Assembly: GCA_020184695.1 (NCBI GenBank)
Contig: JAANOX010000179.1
Coordinates: 110,527-174,526 of the forward strand
Length of the DNA: 64,000 nt
Source of the DNA: Histomonas meleagridis 2922-C6/04-290x
Taxonomy: Eukaryota > Protista > Parabasalia
Reading direction: 5' to 3'
Each line of letters begins with the position of its first letter. Position 1 is the stretch's first letter. Below, piece by piece: positions 21,186 to 31,468 of this stretch. Below the pieces are notes generated by a model, which did no database searches, was not told the DNA's origin, and saw nothing but the letters and a program-made list of their open reading frames with translations. Position numbers and translations under genes: made by a program.

Positions 21186-23132
21186 TTATTTATTTTTAAC
21201 ATTAACAATAAATAAAGGATGAACATTTTTATGATTAATCGCTAAAAAGTAATAGTATCCTTTATACTTAAAAAATAATGAGTCATATTTATTTCTTATT
21301 TTTTCTATTTCTTCATTTGAAGGTATTTGTGCTCTATTTTCATGTGCAACAGCGCATTTTCCATTATCATAAGCACATATTACGAAAGAAGTTTCATTTT
21401 TTATTTTTAAGTTATCCATAATTTGTTGCATATGATCTGACAATATAATTGGCGAATGATTTTCACGTAAAAACATTTCTATATCATATGCAATTACAAG
21501 TGTTGTAGAAATTGTTGGCTCGAAACAATTTTTATCTTTAACGAATTTATTAATAGAAACAATTGAAATTTTGGTAAAACACATTGCATAAACCCAAAGT
21601 GAAACATAACGTAACTCAATTTCATTTGTATTAATAAAACGTAAAATATGTTTTTGGCATTTTTCGATAATATGTTGTCGTGTTAAATAGTTTTTCTTTT
21701 GAACTATGTTTTCGATCTCATTCATCATTTTCCCATTTGCTTTTGAATATAAATCAATTAATTCAGATGTATCTTCTGTATTAAATGAATGTTTATATTG
21801 TGTATGTCTTAATAGTTTATGAAACATTTCATTTTCTTGTTTAAGTGATTTTAATATGTTTTGTTCATTGATAATTCTTCGTTGAATTTGCGAATTTTCA
21901 TGTGAAAATTGTTTTATTAATTCTTGAATTTGTGATTCCATTATATCATTTGGAATTAAAAAATGAAATGGCAATGAAAGTTGTTGAAATAATTGTTTTT
22001 GTTCATCAATTAAACTTTGAAGTTGATTATACAAATTTGACTTGGGTATTGAAATTCCATCCAATTTTTCAATGTTCTTTGAAATTTGAATGATCGATTT
22101 TCTGTATTCATTTCTTTGAATTTTGTTTTTTGGATATTTTAAGTTGTATTCTTCAATAGAGTTATATTCAAGATCATCAAAATATAATTGTTTAGTAAGT
22201 GGATTATTACGCATATCAAAATGTGTAATATCTTTTGAATTCGACAAAAAAAGAAGAACTTTTTCGATATCAGAAATTTGCGTATTTAATATTTCAACAT
22301 TTTTTATGCATGGAGCAAATTTAAATATAAAATTTGGATCTGAAATCTTTGTAAAACTAAAATTTATATATATTAAATTATTAAGTTGTGTTTGAACTTC
22401 AAAATTCGATATTGGATTATGTGAAATATTTAAATGTTTCAGGTTTGTTAAAGAAGTTAATGGATAAAGTGATTTAATATGATTATGTGATAAGTCGAGA
22501 TATTCAAGAAATTGTAAATCTAATGTTGTATCTTCAATGATTTTATTGTTAGAAAGAATTAATTTCTTTAATAATGGGAATTTATTAAATGATGATAAAC
22601 TTGAAATAAAACAATTCGAAAGATTTAATGTAGTTAAGTTTGGAAATAGAGAAAAATAATTAAATGAATCAAACATATTATAGCTCAAGTTTAAATGTTC
22701 TAAAGAATTTATTGGTTTTGATAAAAAGATCGAATGAATTCTGTTATTGGACAAATCTATAAAATTGATTGAAGAAAGTTCTTCAATATTTTCGATAACT
22801 GATATTCTGTTATTGGATAAATCAAGGACTTCCAAAAATGGGAAATTTAATGTTGTTATTTTTGTAATACAATTAGAAGATATATTTAAATTTATTATAT
22901 TAATAAATGTACTTAAATGATCTTGTAAGATCTCTTCAATTAAATTGTTAGATAAGTCTAATGCTTTTAGATTTTGATTATTTGGAAAATTATCTAGAAT
23001 TTGAATAAAATTATTTGAAAAATTCCAACATTCATCTGTGCTTGAAATTTGAATATCTTCTATATAATGTATATTTTTATAGCTGATATCTAATGTTTGA
23101 AGATTTCCATTTGGAAATCTTCTTTTTTCCAT
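21186..23132 (-). CDS. Leucine-rich repeat protein (SDS22-like LRRs, LRR cap, coiled C-terminal region)
   Basis: About 12 LxxLxLSxNxI repeats, then DMRNNPL...YRKSII...IEKLDG cap. Confidence 0.85.
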   Translation of the reverse strand: MEKRRFPNGNLQTLDISYKNIHYIEDIQISSTDECWNFSNNFIQILDNFPNNQNLKALDLSNNLIEEILQDHLSTFINIINLNISSNCITKITTLNFPFLEVLDLSNNRISVIENIEELSSINFIDLSNNRIHSIFLSKPINSLEHLNLSYNMFDSFNYFSLFPNLTTLNLSNCFISSLSSFNKFPLLKKLILSNNKIIEDTTLDLQFLEYLDLSHNHIKSLYPLTSLTNLKHLNISHNPISNFEVQTQLNNLIYINFSFTKISDPNFIFKFAPCIKNVEILNTQISDIEKVLLFLSNSKDITHFDMRNNPLTKQLYFDDLEYNSIEEYNLKYPKNKIQRNEYRKSIIQISKNIEKLDGISIPKSNLYNQLQSLIDEQKQLFQQLSLPFHFLIPNDIMESQIQELIKQFSHENSQIQRRIINEQNILKSLKQENEMFHKLLRHTQYKHSFNTEDTSELIDLYSKANGKMMNEIENIVQKKNYLTRQHIIEKCQKHILRFINTNEIELRYVSLWVYAMCFTKISIVSINKFVKDKNCFEPTISTTLVIAYDIEMFLRENHSPIILSDHMQQIMDNLKIKNETSFVICAYDNGKCAVAHENRAQIPSNEEIEKIRNKYDSLFFKYKGYYYFLAINHKNVHPLFIVNVKNK

Positions 23133-23183
23133 TTTTAAAAAAAATAAACGTGTTTCAAAGAAATTTTTTATTTTCCATTTTTT

Positions 23184-24305
23184 TCACCTACAAAAGGTGC
23201 ATAAAAGAAATATAATTGCTACGATTATCACAACTGATCCTATTACAATTGCAATTATTATTTCCAAATTACTTTCTTTACTTGATGTTTTCTCAATGAA
23301 AATTATTTTATAATCCACGTTACTTGGGATAGAACTTGTTTGTACGATTTCTCCATAAATTTCAGGGACAGCTATTACCATTTGAAAATCACCTTTTTTT
23401 ACACTTGTCCAATTTTGTGCTCCATCTACGAATCGAAATCCAAAATTATGGAATGGTTTTATTGTGCTTAAAAATACTGTATTCTCTTCTTCTCTCGAAG
23501 GGCTTGCTATCTTTAATAATAATTTAATTGGACTTTTTATTTTTTCGATTAATGTAATATTGAGTTCATCAAAAATATTTGGATCTATTTGATAACTTTT
23601 AATAACTCCTTTTGAGATATCATTATAAATATTTATATTATTTGCTAGTAAAATCATTTCTACATCTGTGAAATTCTTAATTCCATGATTCCAATGATAT
23701 GTTGTAACTTTTTTCACTATAAAATCACCTGTAACATTTAATATTGTGTCTGAATAAATGTTATTTATTTCGAAAGCGTTACCAATTATGTTAATTTTAT
23801 TAAAACCTTTTAACTCGAGATATTTAATGTTATTTGAGATGTTACATCCATAAATGTATAGTGCATTTTGCTGAATATTTCCTACAAAATCAACAGAACT
23901 AATTTTAAAAGTTGATAAAATATCATAAATTTTATAATATTTATCTTTGGAATATAGTATAACATGTTGATTTCCTTTTATTCCACTAAAGTTAAGTGGA
24001 TGTGTACTATCTCCATCATAATAAATTAAATTTAAATAATTTTCAAGTAAATTTTGTGCAATATTTGATTCATTCGAATGCTTACATGTGATTTTGAGTT
24101 TTTCTAACATTTCATTTGTTTCTTTATATCTTTTAATTCTTAAATTATCATTTGTTTTTGGATTTTTAATAGCATGGCTAATATTATCAGATAGCTTTTG
24201 TAATGTTGTGTTAAAATGAGTACATATACTGTAAAAATCACTCCATATACTTATTATGTTTAAATTAAGTTCGGATGAACAAAGGATTATATATATAACA
24301 AACAT
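23184..24305 (-). CDS. Uncharacterised putative type I membrane protein
   Basis: 373-aa ORF with hydrophobic N-terminus and C-terminal TM helix IIIAIVIGSVVIIVAIIFLL. Confidence 0.65.
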   Translation of the reverse strand: MFVIYIILCSSELNLNIISIWSDFYSICTHFNTTLQKLSDNISHAIKNPKTNDNLRIKRYKETNEMLEKLKITCKHSNESNIAQNLLENYLNLIYYDGDSTHPLNFSGIKGNQHVILYSKDKYYKIYDILSTFKISSVDFVGNIQQNALYIYGCNISNNIKYLELKGFNKINIIGNAFEINNIYSDTILNVTGDFIVKKVTTYHWNHGIKNFTDVEMILLANNINIYNDISKGVIKSYQIDPNIFDELNITLIEKIKSPIKLLLKIASPSREEENTVFLSTIKPFHNFGFRFVDGAQNWTSVKKGDFQMVIAVPEIYGEIVQTSSIPSNVDYKIIFIEKTSSKESNLEIIIAIVIGSVVIIVAIIFLLCTFCR

Positions 24306-24759
24306 ATTTATAAAATGATTTGAAAATTATTCTTTTGATTGTATTTGAAACTCATTCTTTATATTTTATTTGGGTATCTTTTTGGGAAAGAAAAAAATTA
24401 TTTCAATCACTTACGATTAAAAACATTTTTAACTTTTGGATAAATAAGATAGGAAAAAGATTTTAATTTATTAAAGGAGATAAACCTTGAAAATCATAAG
24501 AACAAGTCATGATTTTTTTTAAATAAAATGTTTATGCATTATTAATATTATTACAAATCTTTATTCTTAAAATTAATGGAAAGTTTAAATATACATTTTA
24601 TTCATAAATCAATTATTCATCGTTCTATATCTTCAATTATATATATAATTCCAGTTTTATTTTGATGGGTATAAATCCATTTGAACATGTAAGCTTTTAT
24701 TGTGTTCTTGTTAAAAAGACAAATTATAATGCAATTTAACCAAAATATATTTAGAAAAT

Positions 24760-25155
24760 CATTAAAACATTCAAACTTAGATTTCATTCTCTCAAAAACA
24801 CAATTGCAACAGAGCACTTAAAGGCAATTTTCATTATTCCAAAAATACGCACTACAACGCAATTTCATTAACCAAAAATTCAAACTCAGATTTCGTTCTC
24901 CCAAAGAAACAAGTGCAACAGAGCACTTAAACGCAATTTCCATTATGCCAAAAATACGCACTACAATGCAATTTCATTAACCAAAGCATTCAAACTCATA
25001 TTTCATTCACTCAAAGACACAAGTGCACAAAACACTTAAACGCAATTTCCATCATCCCAAAAATACGCACTACAACGCAATTTCATTAACCAAAAATTCA
25101 AACTCATATTTCATTCTCCCAAAGAAACAAGTGCACAAAACACTTAAACGCAATT
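24760..25155. repeat. Non-coding tandem repeat, 108-109 bp period, about 3.6 copies
   Basis: CACTTA at 24815, 24924, 25033 and 25141. TACGCAC at 24846, 24955 and 25064. Sub-motif ACGCAATTTC(C)AT occurs twice per unit. Confidence 0.9.
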
Positions 25156-25186
25156 ACATCGAAAAGTTTTGTTAAGTTGTTTACTG

Positions 25187-28100
25187 TCATTGTATTGGCT
25201 GTGCTATTCTCATCAGCATTTCCAATGATTCCATTACTCCTTTATCGGTTGCGTCTTTCTTTTCCTTCTTCTTGTCAGTCTTTGGTATCACTGTCAGCAA
25301 CGTCTTTGCGATTTCATTTTGAGGTGATGCGTACTTCGTAACTTCTTGTGAGTAATAAAATGACTTCATTGCCGAAACTGCTGTTTCTCTGATGAGCGAT
25401 GGCAAAACCGTCTTGTTGACAACAATTGAATACCTTAACGGTCCGAACCACCCCAAATCCTTTCTCCAATGGATGTCTACGTGGAAGAGCCCTGTTTGCA
25501 GCGGATATATCACTATGTGCGCTTGGTTAAATTGTGACGTGATTGTTGTGATATCGTAGTCTCTTCCTTGTTCACACCATACAATATGAATATGATCATT
25601 ACCAATATGTCGTTTCTTATAAATTTGTTGGTCATCCTTAGGATCAGTTGGCAATAAAGGTGCAATATGAAACATTATTTCATCGGTAAAGTTCGCATAA
25701 TAAATTGATGTTTTTCCATTCCGTTGTAAGTCCAAACCGCCGTCATAACCGACATGTGACTTAAGTTCTATGGGCCACCCCAAACCGGTAACGAACTCTC
25801 TGAAATGTGGACTTGTCTCTTCAAAAGTGGTGGCAAGGATTTGATTTTGATTGTCAACGTTAGGGCCGATGAAGACCACCCCAATTTTGATGCCCAACCG
25901 ATGATTTTGCTTTTGAATTTTTTCAATGTTGTCAATGTATTGTGAGTCAACACGTTGGAAGTTTTCAGGATGACCGAGCGGATATCTACCGCAAGCAGTA
26001 AGTGCACCAGCCAAAGGTGACGTTGCACCAATGACTGGGTAAGGGAAAGAAATTTTATTATCATTTTGATTATTAATGATATTTTCGAAAGATTCGATTT
26101 GTTGAATGTTAGCGTTAAGTTGTTCATTATCTAGAGGGAATATATCCATTTCGAATGATTGGTCATCGAATTCTTGTTTATAATCTTCCAGTAATTGGTT
26201 GAATACGTTTACATATTCTTTTTCTTCATCACTTTGTATCAAAGTATAATCCTTATCATCAGTTATTGGTATATTTATTGTTAATTGTTCTTGTTCTTGA
26301 TATAACAAGTCATCGATTTCTTTAAATTTCCATACGAAGTTACCAGAGTTACCTTGGAAAGCGACTTCGACTTCATTATTATCATTATAATATGGATGAA
26401 TTACTGTTTCTAAAGTCGAGAATAATTCAGGTTTCACATTATTACTATTTTTATTTACAGTTGGTTGGATATGAGTTGGGAATGAATTAGTTTGAGGGAA
26501 TGGATATCCTCCATAATATATCGATAACAATGATATTAAGTTATTAATCAAATTAATTATATTATTTGAAAATGATTTCTTCTTTGCTGATATTAAAAAT
26601 TCGGCAAATTGTTGATAAGAATTTGAAGTATGAGTAATTTTATAATTATAAATATATAAATATGCTACTAATTGTATCAAATAGAAATGAAATGATTCTT
26701 TTGTTATATCTTTTTCATCGATTTTTGTTGTGAATTCGGATATCTTTTCAATGAAACTTAAAAATTCTTTTGGTATTAATTCGGATAAACTATCAGAATA
26801 CATTAACATTGAACGTATAGTAAGTATTGCTTCAAATGATTCATTAAACAAAGCTTCGAGTAAATAATTTAATATATTAATGAATACATTTGGGTTTTGT
26901 TGAGGCTGAGAGAATTCATCTGCTATTAATACACTATATGCAGGTAATATTAAACTCCAATTATTCGTAAATTGTAATTGCATTATTAACTTAATACATC
27001 TTTCACGTGAATTAACTCCATTAAATATATTTTCATAATTATTAATATAATTATTTTTCTCACTATTAATTAAGTTTATAATTGATTTAATATAATTATT
27101 TGGAAATGTCGATGTAACTTGAAATAATGGTATTGATGATATAAATGAAATATATGATTCATTAATAGGTATTAACTTTTCTTCACATAAATTTAACATA
27201 ATATTAATTAACATCGATGAACCTTCAAATGATTTTTGGATTGTTAAGACTGAAGAATTAAATCCCATTGTTCGACATTCTTCAAATTTAGATAACATCA
27301 TTATAATTAATGACGCATACCAATTGGAATAATCAATGTTTGTTAAATATTGTTCGATTTCAATCAAATTAATTAAATCACTTAAAATCGTAAACGCCAT
27401 TTTCCGTATATGAATATTATTTTGTGATAATATCGCATTAAATAATCGTCGTGAACATAATGAATATGCTGCAGCTCGATTAAAATGTATATCATTTGGA
27501 ATATATCGAAGTTTCGATAACATTTGACAAAACGATATATTAATTGCAAAACAATTCTCTTGTTGATTTGTACTTTCATAATTATTATACTTACTAAAGA
27601 TATCTAAAAATGAGATAATGATCGAGCGAATGATTTCTTTGTCTTGAAATGTTAATGGGACAATTGGTATCTTTGAGATTAAATCGTCATACTTAGAAAA
27701 TGGTTCATAATATGCTTTAATGTTTTGATGGACAAAGTCTGCGGGGAATTTGACAATTTGTTCAATGTTCTCAGCTATGAAATCATGTGGCGTCGCTTGT
27801 TTAGTTCGTTGTTTACGGCGTTGATGATTCATACAAACACCTTTAGCTTTCTCAAAGTTGATTTCGAACTCATATGGAAATGAATAAACAGCTAAATATT
27901 GTGCGTAGTGTGCTGCCATTGCTGATAATGTATCATTACTAACTATTAAATAACTTAACTTACTCCAAATGGCTTCTGACCAATTTTGATTGGATATAAA
28001 ATGATTTAATATTAATATTAAGATTAATGCTAATGATTTCATATATTTGGTATTATCGAGAAATAACTTGTAGATGATTTCAATGGCTTTGTTATCGCCT

Positions 28101-29179
28101 AAGGACATGGTCGTACTAGAAATATAATTAGAGATAAATAAATAACTTATTTGAATGAATTTGTCGGTGGCCGTTAAGTTGCTTTCTGGTTTCATTTCAT
28201 TCAAAACTGACGATACAATTTTGATGTAAACTGTACAAATTTCATAGAAAAAGTTGCCGCTTTCGTCTGATTGAATGATTTCAATGTAATTGTTTGAAGT
28301 GTAAATATTCGTCAAAATTTCTATGGCGGTTAAATAGTCAATGTTGCTCTTATAATTCTCAGATAATCCAACAATACCTAACATTAAACGACTATTACGA
28401 CCATAACTGAGAAAATCAGTGAAGTTAAACATTGATGTAATGATTGATGAGAAAAATTCTAATACAGTATGATAAATGTTATATGGGGGTAAGCTTGAAA
28501 ATCCTTGTGAATTAGGTGATGATACATATTCAGGTAAAACACCTTTGAATATTACATCTAAAACATACTCATTAATTATTCGTATGGTATTAATGGAACT
28601 ATTGGTCCAGTTTTCTTTAATAAATTGAAGAAAACGCTTAAGATCAGTAATACAATCATCTTGAGTTCCTGCTGGTGCTGATGGATCAATTATTGGTACT
28701 GGTTGAATTGTTTCAATAAGATATGATTTCATTTTCTTGACACCATTATCAGTCGATGAAAATCGTGAATATGGTACAATGAGATTTAAGGCTCCTGATA
28801 AGATATCTATTTTTTCTTGTGGTAATTTGGAAATTATCGTGAAAAAGAATTCCATCATTTGAGTTCTTATTGGTGCGGATGTATCTGGATGGAAAAAGTT
28901 TGCAAAAACTTTATTGATTAAAAAGAGAAATTCATCTTTATAATGAAAACCTTTTGTTTCTGGTAGAATCTTTTGAAGTGCATTATATATACCTTTTAAG
29001 TCAGAAAACTTATTACGTTTAAACAAACTATCTTTTGTTGGTGTAGTTGCTAATTTTTGGATATAATCATAAAATAATCCCCATAAGGATCCAAATTCAT
29101 TCGATAAGAAAGATTCGACATTAAAATTCTTGTCTGTATTGATAGTCTTAATAATATTCTTGAAGGGAGAACTAGGCAT
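25187..29179 (-). CDS. Rap/Ran-GAP domain protein (RalGAP-alpha/tuberin-like)
   Basis: KIGVVFIG, EFVTGLGWPIEL, YDGGLD, EIMFHIA and KKRHIGNDHIHIVW near the C-terminus of a 1330-aa ORF. Confidence 0.9.
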   Translation of the reverse strand: MPSSPFKNIIKTINTDKNFNVESFLSNEFGSLWGLFYDYIQKLATTPTKDSLFKRNKFSDLKGIYNALQKILPETKGFHYKDEFLFLINKVFANFFHPDTSAPIRTQMMEFFFTIISKLPQEKIDILSGALNLIVPYSRFSSTDNGVKKMKSYLIETIQPVPIIDPSAPAGTQDDCITDLKRFLQFIKENWTNSSINTIRIINEYVLDVIFKGVLPEYVSSPNSQGFSSLPPYNIYHTVLEFFSSIITSMFNFTDFLSYGRNSRLMLGIVGLSENYKSNIDYLTAIEILTNIYTSNNYIEIIQSDESGNFFYEICTVYIKIVSSVLNEMKPESNLTATDKFIQISYLFISNYISSTTMSLGDNKAIEIIYKLFLDNTKYMKSLALILILILNHFISNQNWSEAIWSKLSYLIVSNDTLSAMAAHYAQYLAVYSFPYEFEINFEKAKGVCMNHQRRKQRTKQATPHDFIAENIEQIVKFPADFVHQNIKAYYEPFSKYDDLISKIPIVPLTFQDKEIIRSIIISFLDIFSKYNNYESTNQQENCFAINISFCQMLSKLRYIPNDIHFNRAAAYSLCSRRLFNAILSQNNIHIRKMAFTILSDLINLIEIEQYLTNIDYSNWYASLIIMMLSKFEECRTMGFNSSVLTIQKSFEGSSMLINIMLNLCEEKLIPINESYISFISSIPLFQVTSTFPNNYIKSIINLINSEKNNYINNYENIFNGVNSRERCIKLIMQLQFTNNWSLILPAYSVLIADEFSQPQQNPNVFINILNYLLEALFNESFEAILTIRSMLMYSDSLSELIPKEFLSFIEKISEFTTKIDEKDITKESFHFYLIQLVAYLYIYNYKITHTSNSYQQFAEFLISAKKKSFSNNIINLINNLISLLSIYYGGYPFPQTNSFPTHIQPTVNKNSNNVKPELFSTLETVIHPYYNDNNEVEVAFQGNSGNFVWKFKEIDDLLYQEQEQLTINIPITDDKDYTLIQSDEEKEYVNVFNQLLEDYKQEFDDQSFEMDIFPLDNEQLNANIQQIESFENIINNQNDNKISFPYPVIGATSPLAGALTACGRYPLGHPENFQRVDSQYIDNIEKIQKQNHRLGIKIGVVFIGPNVDNQNQILATTFEETSPHFREFVTGLGWPIELKSHVGYDGGLDLQRNGKTSIYYANFTDEIMFHIAPLLPTDPKDDQQIYKKRHIGNDHIHIVWCEQGRDYDITTITSQFNQAHIVIYPLQTGLFHVDIHWRKDLGWFGPLRYSIVVNKTVLPSLIRETAVSAMKSFYYSQEVTKYASPQNEIAKTLLTVIPKTDKKKEKKDATDKGVMESLEMLMRIAQPIQ

Positions 29180-29666
29180 TTTGTCACTTTTGAGCGAAAA
29201 AGTTAACTTCTCAATTTTCTATTGAATATTGGTGTTTTATCGCTTATCAGGAGCAATATAATTATATTGCAATATAATGCTTTCAATTTTGAATGAATAA
29301 ACGGGTTTGAGAACCTTATCTACGCCGTCATAAACGCAGATGATGTGAACCAAAAATTTCGAAATGGCAGTATTTTTATTGCCAAAATCGATTTCGATAC
29401 TGTTTGTGATATAATAAAAATTTTTTTATCGTTGCGATATCAAAAGAAAATCTTCAATTTTTTTTTGGTGACGAATTGATAATCAAAAATTTCAAGAAAA
29501 ATTGATTAAGTTATTTTGAATAGTATTAATGATTGAATACTATTCAAAAGAAAACGATAAGATTAAAACTAAGCATTTTTTAAGTAATTATGAAATTCAA
29601 AATTCGATTAACAAGTTAGTGAATTTAAAAAAATGAAAAAAAAAAAAATTATTTAAATGATTGTGT

Positions 29667-30194
29667 TTAGAATCCACAAACAGTTGGACGTTTGGTGGAG
29701 AGAATCTTCTTTTGTGAAGCATGTGCTGGGCGAATTTCTCTCTTAAGGATTGGGAACTTGACATTGTTGTTAAGGAACATACGAAGGTTATGGTGAACAA
29801 CATCCTCATCTTTGATTTCGCTAACACGAATGATTGAGATGTTCTTAGCTTGAACATTATGTGTTCCAGCCATTTCTTGGTAGAGGCGGAGTACAGCACC
29901 CTCTGTTGTTGTGTCACGGAATTCCTTATAAATGTTGTTGATTGAATTTGTTGCACGATATGTTAACCAAATTCCATAGTTCTTTACACGTTCTGGTTCT
30001 GGTTCGATGACATGCTTGACAGCGAGGATTTCACCATGAGACTTCTTCAGACGAGCGATACGTCTTGCAACTCCCCAGAATTTTGACTTTGCGATAACTT
30101 CATCAGGTGCAAAAACTTGAACACGGATAGCAGCTGGGTTTGGAACTGCCTCAGTTGGAAGTGGCCTTGCAATAACTTCGTAGTTCTTGAGCAT
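29667..30194 (-). CDS. RPL18A: 60S ribosomal protein L18a (eL20)
   Basis: FAPDEVIAKSKFW, GEILAV, VKNYGIWLTY, NIYKEFRD, LYQEMAGTH and VKFPIL. ATG at 30194. Confidence 0.95.
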   Translation of the reverse strand: MLKNYEVIARPLPTEAVPNPAAIRVQVFAPDEVIAKSKFWGVARRIARLKKSHGEILAVKHVIEPEPERVKNYGIWLTYRATNSINNIYKEFRDTTTEGAVLRLYQEMAGTHNVQAKNISIIRVSEIKDEDVVHHNLRMFLNNNVKFPILKREIRPAHASQKKILSTKRPTVCGF

Positions 30195-30200
30195 CCACAA

Positions 30201-30220
30201 AAAGGAACGACCAAACCGTT
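30201..30220 (-). promoter_or_regulatory. Trichomonad M3 (AACGGTTT) plus M5 (CCTTT) core promoter pair
   Basis: Minus strand reads AACGGTTT-GGTCGTT-CCTTT-TTGTGG-ATG, matching the Inr-less M3/M5 promoter arrangement known from Trichomonas vaginalis. Confidence 0.65.
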
Positions 30221-30315
30221 TCGCTGTCACTTTTTACTGAATTGGTAAACGGTCATCAAAGATGAAGAATAAAATTATTGAAGTTGAAGTTTATTGATAA
30301 ACCTTTTGGAGTTGT

Positions 30316-31029
30316 CTACTTTGGAATTGGTTCAACCTTTGGATATTGTGGTTGTTGTTGTCCTTGTGGTGAATTATATACAGCAGGTTGCTGACCTTGT
30401 GGAGGATACATTGGTTGTTGAGGTGGATATCCTTGTTGTGGAGGATATCCTTGCTGAGGTGGATAACCTTGTTGTGGAGGATAGCCTTGTTGTGGTGGAT
30501 AACCTTGTTGAGGTGGATACGCTTGTGGAGCTGGAGGTGGTGACCAAATGTAATATCCTGGTTGATTAGATGGTGGAGCTCCTGGTTGTGGTGGAGGACT
30601 TGGTGGTACTGCTGGAATGCCTGGTCTATTCCAAGCAGGGGCAACTAAGAGATAACCAGGAGGAGCTTGAAATGCATGAATTCCTGTGTCAGTAATTTGA
30701 ACATCAATTTGTGCCATTACACAAGCATTAGGGTTCTTTGCATCTCTCATTGGGAACCAATCTGAAACAAATTGGTTGTGAGGGAACCATGATAATGGAA
30801 GAATAAGAGAATTAAGGATCATACTACCTTTCTTAAGTGTAAACTCAACCAGAGTTTTTATTGGTTTCTTTATGTCATAAGTCATGACTTGGGTTAATGT
30901 GATAAGACCATTTTTTGGTTTAATTTTTAATGACTTTAAAGATGATGAAGTTGGGCCATACCACAAGTGTGTTGCTTCTTGGCTAACATTTTGGATTTGC
31001 TTCACACGAATATATACCTTAGAAACCAT
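30316..31029 (-). CDS. C2-domain-like protein with a (Y)PPQQG repeat tail
   Basis: N-terminal beta-rich region with VSDWFPM, then about 7 YPPQQG-type hexapeptides (18-bp tandem, ~30400-30530). Confidence 0.8.
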   Translation of the reverse strand: MVSKVYIRVKQIQNVSQEATHLWYGPTSSSLKSLKIKPKNGLITLTQVMTYDIKKPIKTLVEFTLKKGSMILNSLILPLSWFPHNQFVSDWFPMRDAKNPNACVMAQIDVQITDTGIHAFQAPPGYLLVAPAWNRPGIPAVPPSPPPQPGAPPSNQPGYYIWSPPPAPQAYPPQQGYPPQQGYPPQQGYPPQQGYPPQQGYPPQQPMYPPQGQQPAVYNSPQGQQQPQYPKVEPIPK

Positions 31030-31178
31030 CCAAAGATAATACTAACCGTCGAAATTGCTGACTTCGGAATACACTTTTTGACAGAAAAGTTCCTGTTGAA
31101 GACCTCAAAAAGTTTCCTGGTCATGAACGATCAAAAAATAATTGACTATATTTCAAGGCATATCGAAAAAGAAAAAAT

Positions 31179-31251
31179 TGGGACTCCGCGGACTCGAACC
31201 ACGTACCTCACGATCTTCAGTCGTGTGCTCTCCCAGGTGAGCTAGAGTCCC
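31179..31251 (-). tRNA. tRNA-Phe: tRNA-Phe (GAA)
   Basis: Full cloverleaf: acceptor GGGACTC/GAGTCCC+A, D stem GCTC/GAGC, anticodon arm CACGA-CTGAAGA-TCGTG, T loop TTCGAGT. A T6 Pol III terminator follows. Confidence 0.97.
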
Positions 31252-31468
31252 TTTCGGTTTACACGATTTTATAGGTAGTATAAGCTTAAATTTTCAAATT
31301 ATAATTGGTGTTATTAATGATTTTAAATTAGAAAGAATCAAATTAACTTTTTCAAACTTTTCTGACAATAACTCAGACTTTTTCATAAAAACTTGGTTGG
31401 ATCCAAGTTCACTTTATTTTACTAAATATAAAAAATTATCATGTTCAAAAATTTTAATAACATATTAG

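Noticed and set aside
23133-23186. Possible TGA readthrough giving the membrane protein a KKWKIKNFFETRLFF tail
   Set aside because: A single case in AT-rich intergenic DNA. Other genes in the window (e.g. 6684, 42035) use TGA as a normal stop.
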